From Amphiscolops sp. MND2022 (taxonomy: Eukaryota): a stretch of 60,000 nucleotides of DNA. The notes under the pieces are model-generated. The model saw only the letters and a program-made list of their open reading frames with translations. It did no database searches and had not been told where the DNA came from. Shown piece after piece: positions 25,932 through 35,552 of the stretch. Positions within the stretch are counted from its first letter, which is position 1. Each line of letters starts with the position of its first letter. The position numbers were made by a program, and so were the translations under genes. The stretch is taken from positions 41,232,001-41,292,000 of the forward strand of contig OZ076409.1 of assembly GCA_964187785.1 (NCBI GenBank), in the 5' to 3' direction.

Positions 25932-26370
25932 TCTGCAGCGAAGTTTCTTGGCTGCTGTTTTCCGAGTTTGATTGTTTCACAATGAATTTCCCGGATAATT
26001 AGGATTACTGAGAATGTTGGGATAAATCCCTTCATTCTGATTGGTTAATCAATCTTTTTAATCCTTTCGATCTGCAGTTGTTGACGTTATGTCGACAACT
26101 CTTTTTATTGGCCAAGAAATTGAAATAATTCCTTTAGCCAAACTTGTCAACGTTATGCTGACGTCATTTTCGCTAGCTTAGCTAACTTTTGTAATTTGTC
26201 ACCGTTATGATGACGTCATTTTAGATTACAGGATTAATCTCTTAATCTCTATAACCTTTTTGTCGACGTTATGCCGACGTCAATTTTGTTGGTTGAGAGC
26301 CAACTTCAAGTTTTGTCACCGTTATGATGACGTCAATTTGGTTGTTGTTTTCAGATTTGCTGTTTAAACA
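25932..26370. promoter_or_regulatory. putative bidirectional promoter with five GTCA-N9-TGAC motifs
   Basis: Lies between divergent ATGs; motif at ~26080, 26146, 26198, 26262, 26315; ATTGG (CCAAT) boxes near 26040 and 26108. Confidence 0.55.
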
Positions 26371-29300
26371 ATGGATTCTGATCCAGTTCCTCCTCGTGCG
26401 GGTTCTGGTATTCAAGGTGGGCATGAGACGCAGTATTTGTTTTCAGAGGGGGACATTCACGAAAGTGATGCTGACCCTCTGTTTTCACAGTCTGCTGTTG
26501 GTAAGTTTGTCATTCCCCGATCCATTAAGCTTTTGTGAATAATACTACTATCAGATAGGCCTTTTCTGTTTCGTATTTCCACAGCTTAGGTTTTCTGACG
26601 CGTCGATTTGGGAATGTTGTTTCAGTTCCTGTGGTGACAGGGTCTTCTCCTGTAGCCGTCGTCTCTGCCCTACCGGCTGTTTTAACTGAGGTTTCTGTTG
26701 AACCACTTGTCGATGCCGCTGAGATTCCTCGTGCGCTTCCTGGCAGTTCCGTTGAGTCTACCAAGATCGGATCTGCTCTTTGTCCTTCCGATGATCTGGA
26801 TATGACTCTGGGGGCACTTGCGCGACAGCTTCATTCTTCCTCTGCTGTTGTTCCTCGCGGAGGTGAGGGTTATCCCCCCCTCTCAGAGATACTGAGCCAG
26901 GACGAGGGAAAGATCAAGGGACTTCTGGGGGGCCTGGAGTGGGGTTTCAGAAGTCATCTCCACGATTCAGTGGTTTTTTGTCTGGATCCGCTCGGGCTGA
27001 GGGATCGCAGGAATCTTCTCCAGTGCCCAAGCGTGGTAAGTATATTGTTTGGCTGCATTATTTGTTTGCTGTTCCTTTCCTATGGTTGTGATGGGTAATC
27101 ATTTCTTTGCTGGTGTGTTTCTTAATTAATGTTTTAACTAGGTTGCTTGGTGGCTGTTGGCGTCGAGGATTCTGTGGTTGGTGAGACGACGCGGCAGCTT
27201 CGTTCAGATAAGAATCAAGTCCCTGGCAAGTCTGTACACTTCAGCCTTTGTAGTAGTGATGGGGAGGAAGTGGATGCTGCAGATGTTCCTCAGAGTTCGG
27301 CACCCCGATTAGGACATGAGATTGCTGCCGTCCCAGATGTAGAGGGTCATTCCGTGGATCCTTTTGTTGCCAGTAAGTTCTGTATTATGTTGTTGTAAGT
27401 GTATTAGTCGGCTCAAAGGGTGTTGTTATCTTTGGAATAGGTATGGGGGGGGAAAATATTCAAGGTTTCCTATGGGTTTTATGGGGTGTGACTTTGTGTT
27501 ACAGAGTTCGAGGAGCTGATCAGGCGCATGGAAATGACACTGGACAGTGCTTCTCGGAATCGGAAGCGAGTGTACAGTCCAAGGCATAGATTGCGGCGGG
27601 ATATGGTTACTGGTCATCCAATCTTCGAGCTCTTTGTCAGTGGGTCCAGTACTGGGTCGGATAAAGCTTTCCACTGTATGATTTGTCAGCGGGATGTGTC
27701 CATGGAGTCACGAGGGGCTGCTGAGTTTTCTCGTCATTTCTTTGGGAAACGGCACTGGCAGCTCGACGTGGCTTATCGGGTTCGCAATGACATGCCTGTG
27801 TATAATAGATTGATGGACCCTATGATTCTGAGTGAGAGTCAGGTGGCAGAATACCGTGATTGGCCCAGTAAGGGCAAAAGCGAGGGATTTAGTTTCCCTG
27901 AAGACTTGCTGCCAGCGTGTACCCAGGTCAATTCTAGTGTGCCGCTAATGACAATGGTCAATTGCCTTCTTGAACTGTTGCGTTCTGGAGGTAGCTATAC
28001 TCTGCTACGTAGATTGTGGGGCAACTTTCGCGCGACTCTGGGTCGTGACAATCCCCTCTATAGTCTGAATTGGAGTCAAGTCGAGTCCTTGGTTAGTTGT
28101 GTTTTGGACGAATACTCTTCTTTGCATGTATCTGTCGTGTTTCCCTCATTTTTGTCTTGTCATTGATATTATGGATATTGAGTTCTGTTGCAGTTGGGTC
28201 CGTAAGTGTGTCATGGTAAGGTAGTTAGTTTTGTGTTTTAGTCGCTGATCTGCCGTGCACTGTTTCCACGGGCTTTGCGGATGTTGATTGCGCGTATCTC
28301 TGCTTTTCGGGAGTACAGCGTGTTTTTCGTGGAAGACGATAAGTCCCAGAAGTGCTTTGTGCAGACGTGGGATGATCACAGTTTGATGAGTGTTTGCGTG
28401 TGGGTGGAGCCTCTGGGGCAGGTTGTTCCCAAAGCAGAATTGTCTGGGTTGTCACGGATTGTTGGCAGTACTTCGTCGTGCCAGTTGCCTCTTTCCTATC
28501 ATGGGGGCAGTCCCACTCTGGTACGCGTTCTCAGTGACAATCGGGTTGACGGGCGGAGTTTCCTTCTGTTTCGTGAATTCAACACTGATGTATTTCTGCA
28601 TTGCTTCCGTCTGGCCTATCAGGAGACATTTGGAGGACTAGAGGTGACTACGATGGTGGATTTCCTAGTTCTTCGTCTCCGAGGTGCCCTGCAGGAATCT
28701 TGGCTGGAGAATGTGACTTCACTACGTCGGTGTGTCGCTGCTGGGCGGGTTCCATTCAGTGAGCTGTGTAGTGTCGTGCGTGATTTGATCTCTGTATGGC
28801 GTTCTGTGCGGAATTTCATTAAAGACAGTGCTCCACGACATATCAAGACTGAAGCTGGCAGGGTAATTTATTTCATTTGTTATCTCTTTCTTTTGTTGTT
28901 GTACTTTGGTGAGGTGCTCGATGTTATTGTGATTGTTCTCCAACTGGCTTAGGGTGGTGTTATTTTGTATTGCTTTTGCAAGCTTTGCGTTGTGGAGAGT
29001 TAGGTTTTTTAGTGCTCACGGTTGTTGTTTGTTGTTGTAGATGCGAGGTACAGACTGGACTATCTACTCTGATGGTATCGGTGAGCTGCGTTTGGGTCTT
29101 TTGTTGCACATCTTGGAGCTCTTTCATTGTACGTTCAGAAAGCAGTTATCGGGGCGGTCAGACTACAGTTTCCACTTTTACATGGAAGTATGTCAGTTTG
29201 TCTACTGCCTATTATCGCGCACCCGAAAGATTGGCTCTCTTCCTGATTTGAATGATTGGGAAGAGTATATGGATGAGCAAAGAGTTGATGAGTTCGAGAA

Positions 29301-30369
29301 TGTTGCCGTCTGTAACTTTTTGTCCAATCATTCCTTCGGTGTCGTCCTGCAGAACCGCAAAGATGGTGATGGTCGTATTTTCCGAGAGCAGTGTTTGAAG
29401 TTCATGGATCGGCTAGTCGATGCAATTCTTGCGCAGCAGCCTGTGACTGGGGAGTTTTCCCGGGGGCTCTATGCCTTTTGCCCTGAGTTATTGTTGGAGG
29501 GTGATGATCGTCGGATGCTGGAGCTTTTCCAAAAGTTGGTCCGTGTGCTGGAATTGAGTGGTTGTATTACAGCGTTGGAGTCGAGGACTGCTGTCGAGGA
29601 GTATTCTACTTTTGTTGTGGATGCTCGGAGAAGGCATTTGAGTGGTGGTTGTAGTGCGGAGGAAATTCCTGATGTGAAGCAGTACCTATTGTCGGACTAT
29701 AGTTTCCTGTCACGCAAGGCGCTGTGTCGTGTCTTCAAGTTATGTTGCTTGGTCGTCTTGAAACCCCGCAGTGATTTTCCTTCTGTGGATATTACGTGTG
29801 CTGGTTGTCAAGTTCCTGATTGGGTGGTGACCACGTGTGTGTGTGGTGTGCAGAGCAGTGTCTCGTCCGCTGATTTTAAATTGGGAACCTTTTTCACGAA
29901 GTTTACCATGAATGAAGTTCGGGAGTCAATTAGTTCTGCTCGTTCGTTTATGTCGCAAGTGGATTTCGATCCGTGGGCTGGGATCTGCAGTGACAGTCAT
30001 GCCGCATTTGTGGAGCGATATACGGAGCTGTTCAATGCACGTATGAGTCGTAAGAGGGGGTCTGGTTCCCAATCGACTAATGTTGTCGCTGAGTGCAGTC
30101 AAAAGGTGCGACCCGATGGTGACGATGGTGTTTCTGGCGATGTTCTTTCTGACAGTGCCGCTTCAGCTGTGTCCGCTCCTCCTGTGCCTAGTTCGAGTGG
30201 TTCAAGCTCTTTCAGGCAAAGTAAGGCACCGATTCACAGTAGTTTGGCTTCGTTGCTGGGTCGAAAAAGAGATGCCTCAAATAGTAGTGATCAAGTTGGG
30301 AAGAAGTCCAAGAAGGGATCCAAAAAGTCTGCTGTCAAGGGAGGAAAATCGTCCGCGAAGAAGGCTTGA
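26371..30369 (+). CDS. antisense 6-exon accessory gene of Gypsy-C (~1100 aa), zinc finger, possibly hAT-transposase-derived
   Basis: Exons 26371-26500, 26626-27035, 27142-27372, 27505-28091, 28242-28862, 29041-30369 with GT-AG introns; 4 of 5 junctions in phase, one needs +1 nt (probably the C7 run 26874-26880). Finger CMICQRDVSMESRGAAEFSRHFFGKRH; basic C-terminus. Confidence 0.8.
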
Positions 30370-30785
30370 ATGACACTTTGTATTATTGTCAAATTTCATT
30401 GTATTTTGTACGTTAATTTTGTTGTTTTCATATCAATACAATTGATTGCAGTTTTGTTGTATAATTAGAATTCCAAATAACGTCATGTATGACGCTAAAA
30501 AAGCACAAGAGTCAGTAATGGAGTCTTTCTAAAAGAGAGTAAAAAGGCCTTAGTATGCCTTTTAATTGAAAATCGTCGGGCCGGTTCGGTCTGGACTCCT
30601 GGTATTTCCTTTTCTCATTATTGAGTCAAAGTTATAGCGTCAAGTCGTCGAAAGTCAGGGTCTGCATTAGGTTTAGGGTTAGGTCGCAAGTTGTATTTTC
30701 CCGTTTTCCTCGGATTATATCCAATAACTGTAGGCGGTGATTTTGGGGGAATAGGTGGACTTTGAATGGGTGGGGGGCGTCGTAT

Positions 30786-33700
30786 CTATGGGTTATCCCC
30801 TACGTCTGTAGTGAGATTTGAAAAGTCCGGGGACGGCGGAGTCACTTCGTTTGTATCTTCGGTCGATTTTGATGCCGACATGTTACCGTCCGAGTTTGTC
30901 ACCTCTTGTATTTCCGTTCTTTGTTCGGTCTCTACGTTTTTTAGTGGCTCTTGTTCATCGATTTGTTTTCCGAAATCCATTTCCCATGATACTGCATACC
31001 ATTCATTGTGTGAAATTTTGACGTCTGGATCCGGTAGGTATTCGTTTGACCGTACTGTAACGTCGGGTATGCGTTGATCTGGCACATAGGGTCGTATTCT
31101 AATTCGATGCAGAGTTTGTGTATATCTCGTGCCAGTTTTTCGTATCGTATAGTTATTGTTTGATAATACTTTTATTACTATGTATGGTCCCGTCCAAATG
31201 CAATCTTGGAATGCAAATTTTGTCGACTGACTGTCAGCTTTCGGGTTAAGGATGTAACAATAGTCATTCACTTTAAGCGGGGCTGCAGAAGCCTTGCGGT
31301 CGTAGTATTTTTTGTATTTGAGATAAGATAGCATGATGTTATCTTTTGCTGTTGCGCGGACTTCGTCTATTTGCTTCTGTAATTGTTCTGTTATTTCCGA
31401 ATTAGGCGTAGTCTTCCATTTTGGTTTGATGCCTAGTTTCAGGTCTAGGACATTGTAAGGTATGCGGCCATGAAATACCGTGGATGGTTCACATCCTAGT
31501 GTTTCATGATACGTTGTGTTGTAGTTCATAACTGCAATTTGGACGTATTTATGCCACATTGAACGTCTTTCGCCTGTCGATATTTTCAGTGCAGTTTTGA
31601 TTGAGGCATGAGTTCTTTCTAGGATTCCAATTGTTTGTGCGTGTTTTGTAGACGCATGACTGATTTGTATTTCCAAGATTTGCGTTATTTCTGCAACGAT
31701 TTCTGATCTGAATTGTGATCCTTTGTCAGATAAAATTAGTGTTGGCAGATATGCGTGTCTTGTCATGACGTCCACGATGCATCGTCCGATTGTCTTCGCT
31801 GTGACATTCTGCGTTGGATAAGCAAAAAGATATCTTGAGAATACGTCTATCATTGTGACGATGTTCTGATATCCTGCAGAATTTGGCAGGTTCGGTAGTA
31901 TGTCGATTTCGAGGATATCTTCTGGTCCGAGAACATGTTCCGTGTTGTTGATCATCTTCGGTCGGATTTGGTTGTTGTTGATCCTTTTGTATTTGATACA
32001 GTCTTCACATTGCATTACCCACTGTTTGATTCTTTTGGCTAACCCAGGGTAATAGTATTTGGATCTGCATTCTTGGATCATTTTTGTAATTCCAGGGTGT
32101 TTTCCCATCTGTCCGTGAAGGGCTTTGAGGAGTTCTGTGATCAAGTGCTCGGGGATTAGTATTTGATGATGTGTGACCTGTCCACATTCCCCGTAGTATT
32201 TGCGCATTAGAATTCCGTCTTTAACTATTAGTCTATTTTCGTGAACTAAAAGACGTTTTGCTGTTGTGTCCGTTTGTAGAAGATGTTTGTCGTACTCTTC
32301 ACATATCAGCTTCTTTTTGATTGTTTTGAAGACTGGGTCTGAGTCTTGTTCTACTCTGATGCGTGCATCTTCCTTTATTGCTCCGAAGGTATATGATGCT
32401 TTGTTTAATGGGATCGGGTTCGTTTCTTTGATGGCTAGTTTGATTCTTGTCGAGTCTTCGTCGCGAGCGGCTTGTCTAGCTTGTTCTTTCTGCAGTAGTA
32501 TTTCTTCTTCAGTTTCAATGGTTTCTTCTGGCAGAAAGAAAAGTTGTTCTTCATCGGCGACGTCCGTGGATTGTAGGTTGACTTGTATGGGTCGCACAGT
32601 GATGTCGTTTCTGATCTTTAGTTCGACTCTTTCTTTGGGATTGAGATCAATTCGTGATAGGAAGTCAGCCGCAGTGTTTTGCGTCCCTGCAACGTGCATG
32701 ATGTGGAAGTTGAATTGTAACACATAGTCGCATGCATTCCAAAGTGTGGGAGGGATCGTTTTTGTTTGAAAGAATCTTTCAGATCCGACAGATCTGTTGT
32801 CGGTCATTACCAGAGTCGGTAGGGTTGTTTCCCATAATATGTGGCTGTATTCTAAAAAAGCATGGTAGATCGCTAGGAATTCTTTGCAATAAATGGACAT
32901 TTTCAGTTGTGCTGGTGAGAATACTTTTGATCCAAATGCCACTGGTGCAAACGTTTTCTTTTTTGAATTGAGTTTTTTGTTTGGGTCTTCCTCAATCATG
33001 AGTGCGTACCCTGAGGCTCGAAAACTTGCGTCTGTCATTAGGACGTATTGTCGTCCTGTGATCGGTTGTCTCAGTGCTAGCCCACATGCTTCTGCTAATG
33101 CTGTGTTGATGGCTTTGTAGTGATCGAGTAGTTCTTCGGTCACCTTGATTTGTTTGTCTGCTTTCAGGAGTTCGTAGAATCCGAGTAGTTTTTCTGAGAG
33201 TCTTGGGATATAGTTTCTGTAGTAATTGACGAATCCGATGTATCTTTGTACCTGTTTTTTGGATTTGGGAAATCTGACGTTTGCCAGGAATTTTTGGATT
33301 CTGTGGTCCTGTGGGGCGATTCCTTGTGGAGTTATGGTACGTCCGAGGAATTCGATTTCAGTCACTCCAAAGTGACATTTTTCGATGGTTAGTTTTAGTC
33401 CCGCTTGTCTGATACATTCGAAGACAGCTCTGATGTTGCGTATCAGTTGCGTCACAGAATTAGCAGCTACTCCAATGTCGTCCACATATTGCGCGCACTG
33501 GTCAGCTTTGATGACTTTATCTAAGTACTCTCTCATGAAGCTTGAGAAAGCTGACAAAGCCCTGCTCAGGCCTTGAGCTAGACGTTTGTATGCAAAGGTT
33601 CTGCTCGCAAAGTTGAATGCCAGCATTTCTATGGATCTTTGGTCCGCCATTTGTAGGCAGTGGTATGCTTGGGAGCAGTCTAGTTTGCAGAATAATTGTT

Positions 33701-35546
33701 TTCCTGCTAGGTGTTGCGCGGCGTCTGATAATGTGCTGACTGGGTGGTTGTTGTTAATGTAGTCGTCCGATATTAGTGCATTGATCTTTCGGAGGTCGAC
33801 AAGTAGGCGTAATTTTCCATTTGGTTTGCGTTGTGCGAAGATAGGGCTGGCGTATTTGGAAAACGGTAGGGTCGTTATGATGCCATATCTATGCATTAAT
33901 GCTAGTTCGACTGTTAGGTCTTCTTTTAGGTTGATTGGTACTGGCAGACTCTGGGTGTAGATTGGTCGTTCATCTTTTGGCGTTAGTTTTACTTTGAATG
34001 TGTTGTTGATGCCAATGTCGAGTCGGTGACGTGCAAAGATGTCGTTGTATTCAACTATCGTTTCTTCGAGTTGTTTTCTGTCATCTCCTTCGATTTTTGA
34101 GCCTTCCCAACTGAACATATCAAGGAATTTCTTTCGCGATTCTTGGTCTTTTGTTGGATCTAGCTGTTCTTTTTGGATGAGTTCACGTATTTCCTTTAGT
34201 ATTCTCCTTTGAATTGGCGTGTGTTCATCCTCGTTGCCTGGGTTTTCAGGTGTGGGGAACCAGAAATTTTCGTCATTTTGTTCACTCTCTTTGGATTTCA
34301 TGAGTTCGTTGACATACATGTGGGTGTCATCAGGATCTTCTAACAATTTGAGTGCTGCGGCGTCTACTGGTCGTATTTGTTTCGTGTCCTCGGGTTTGAG
34401 GATTTGTAGTTCAGCCAGTTTTGTGTGACTCTTTATTGTATGAGGGAAATCCGTTAAGTTGGCGATTCGGATGTTGAGCCTTTTGTTGTGAGCTGTCGCT
34501 AGTGCTGGTGCAACGATGATTGTCGCTGTTTCATCAAATTGGGGTAGTGGTTGTACCGCTCCAGTGACGTCATGCATGTTTGTGGTTATTACTATTGCGT
34601 TCACTGTTGTTGTTTGTTGGGGCGGTAGGGTTTGATTTCCTTCTACCATTATTTGGAGCGGTTTCGGGTTGCATTTTTTCATCTCGTCCGTCATGGCTAG
34701 CGTCATTTCAACGTGCGGGAAATTAATGGTCCCGTTGGCAGTGTCTATTACTGCTTGGTGATTTCTCATGAAGTTCAATCCTATGATGGGAAATGACGTT
34801 TTCGATAGGATGACGAAGGTGTCCGTGAAGGTATATGTTCCGATGTTGAACTGGATGTCCGCTGTTGCTATTGGTTGTTCTAGTTGTGCGTTTGCGCATT
34901 CGATCTTGAAGGGAGGTTGAGGGTATTCTTTTATGACACAACTATCACTGTTCATTTTGATTGCGTTGTAGTCTGACCAGGACATGGCATTGATGAACGC
35001 ACCGGAGTCGACAAGTCCATCCATTGTTATTTCGCCGAATTCTAGTGGCAAATACAGCATTCTCCTTCTGCTCTTGAGGTCTATAGTGGAGTGGAGAGGT
35101 ATATATGTTTCTCCATCCTTTTCGGCTACGTACTCCTTGATTGAGTTGAGTGATGTGGGGAAATCATCTGGGAGGTTGGGCAGTTTGATGTGGTTTTGGG
35201 GATCCTTTTCGTCTATTTGTGGTGGGTATTTTCCGGTGGGCTCAATTTCATCCTGGTTTAACTGAGGTATGCCGGTATGTTCTTCGGTTGTGGTGATTTG
35301 GGGAAAGGGTGCTTTTGGGTGCATGGTGTTTTCTCGGTAGTCTTTGTCTTGAGGGTAAGGGTCCTGTTGTTGGATTGGTGGGTTCAGTCTTTTCATAGTG
35401 GCAAGTGCCTGGCGTCGTAGCCAGTCTTCTGTTGGGGTGCCATCACATTGGATTGTTGTCTCAGAGGCGTATGTAGTAGGGGGATTTGTTGGAGAGTACG
35501 CCCTCGAGTCTACTGTTTCCCCGAAGCGCAGGCGCGGCGTAACTAG
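30786..35546 (-). CDS. pol: Gypsy-C Pol (PR-RT-RNase H-INT)
   Basis: LVDSGA protease, YVDD RT, TDAS/TDN RNase H, HHCC zinc motif, DDE core (ILSDKGSQF, LERTH), WTGPY; Gypsy domain order. Confidence 0.97.
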   Translation of the reverse strand, partial: LVTPRLRFGETVDSRAYSPTNPPTTYASETTIQCDGTPTEDWLRRQALATMKRLNPPIQQQDPYPQDKDYRENTMHPKAPFPQITTTEEHTGIPQLNQDEIEPTGKYPPQIDEKDPQNHIKLPNLPDDFPTSLNSIKEYVAEKDGETYIPLHSTIDLKSRRRMLYLPLEFGEITMDGLVDSGAFINAMSWSDYNAIKMNSDSCVIKEYPQPPFKIECANAQLEQPIATADIQFNIGTYTFTDTFVILSKTSFPIIGLNFMRNHQAVIDTANGTINFPHVEMTLAMTDEMKKCNPKPLQIMVEGNQTLPPQQTTTVNAIVITTNMHDVTGAVQPLPQFDETATIIVAPALATAHNKRLNIRIANLTDFPHTIKSHTKLAELQILKPEDTKQIRPVDAAALKLLEDPDDTHMYVNELMKSKESEQNDENFWFPTPENPGNEDEHTPIQRRILKEIRELIQKEQLDPTKDQESRKKFLDMFSWEGSKIEGDDRKQLEETIVEYNDIFARHRLDIGINNTFKVKLTPKDERPIYTQSLPVPINLKEDLTVELALMHRYGIITTLPFSKYASPIFAQRKPNGKLRLLVDLRKINALISDDYINNNHPVSTLSDAAQHLAGKQLFCKLDCSQAYHCLQMADQRSIEMLAFNFASRTFAYKRLAQGLSRALSAFSSFMREYLDKVIKADQCAQYVDDIGVAANSVTQLIRNIRAVFECIRQAGLKLTIEKCHFGVTEIEFLGRTITPQGIAPQDHRIQKFLANVRFPKSKKQVQRYIGFVNYYRNYIPRLSEKLLGFYELLKADKQIKVTEELLDHYKAINTALAEACGLALRQPITGRQYVLMTDASFRASGYALMIEEDPNKKLNSKKKTFAPVAFGSKVFSPAQLKMSIYCKEFLAIYHAFLEYSHILWETTLPTLVMTDNRSVGSERFFQTKTIPPTLWNACDYVLQFNFHIMHVAGTQNTAADFLSRIDLNPKERVELKIRNDITVRPIQVNLQSTDVADEEQLFFLPEETIETEEEILLQKEQARQAARDEDSTRIKLAIKETNPIPLNKASYTFGAIKEDARIRVEQDSDPVFKTIKKKLICEEYDKHLLQTDTTAKRLLVHENRLIVKDGILMRKYYGECGQVTHHQILIPEHLITELLKALHGQMGKHPGITKMIQECRSKYYYPGLAKRIKQWVMQCEDCIKYKRINNNQIRPKMINNTEHVLGPEDILEIDILPNLPNSAGYQNIVTMIDVFSRYLFAYPTQNVTAKTIGRCIVDVMTRHAYLPTLILSDKGSQFRSEIVAEITQILEIQISHASTKHAQTIGILERTHASIKTALKISTGERRSMWHKYVQIAVMNYNTTYHETLGCEPSTVFHGRIPYNVLDLKLGIKPKWKTTPNSEITEQLQKQIDEVRATAKDNIMLSYLKYKKYYDRKASAAPLKVNDYCYILNPKADSQSTKFAFQDCIWTGPYIVIKVLSNNNYTIRKTGTRYTQTLHRIRIRPYVPDQRIPDVTVRSNEYLPDPDVKISHNEWYAVSWEMDFGKQIDEQEPLKNVETEQRTEIQEVTNSDGNMSASKSTEDTNEVTPPSPDFSNLTTDVGDNP

Positions 35547-35552
35547 TTTTTT
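35495..35552 (-). promoter_or_regulatory. -1 ribosomal frameshift signal
   Basis: A AAA AAC directly before the gag TAG, followed by a GC-rich stem (TACGCC...GGCGTA); the -1 frame is open for 50 codons into the pol ATG at 35396. Confidence 0.85.

Noticed and set aside
25304..30617. env gene in the Gypsy-C extra region
   Set aside because: No sense-strand ORF with signal peptide, furin site or TM anchor
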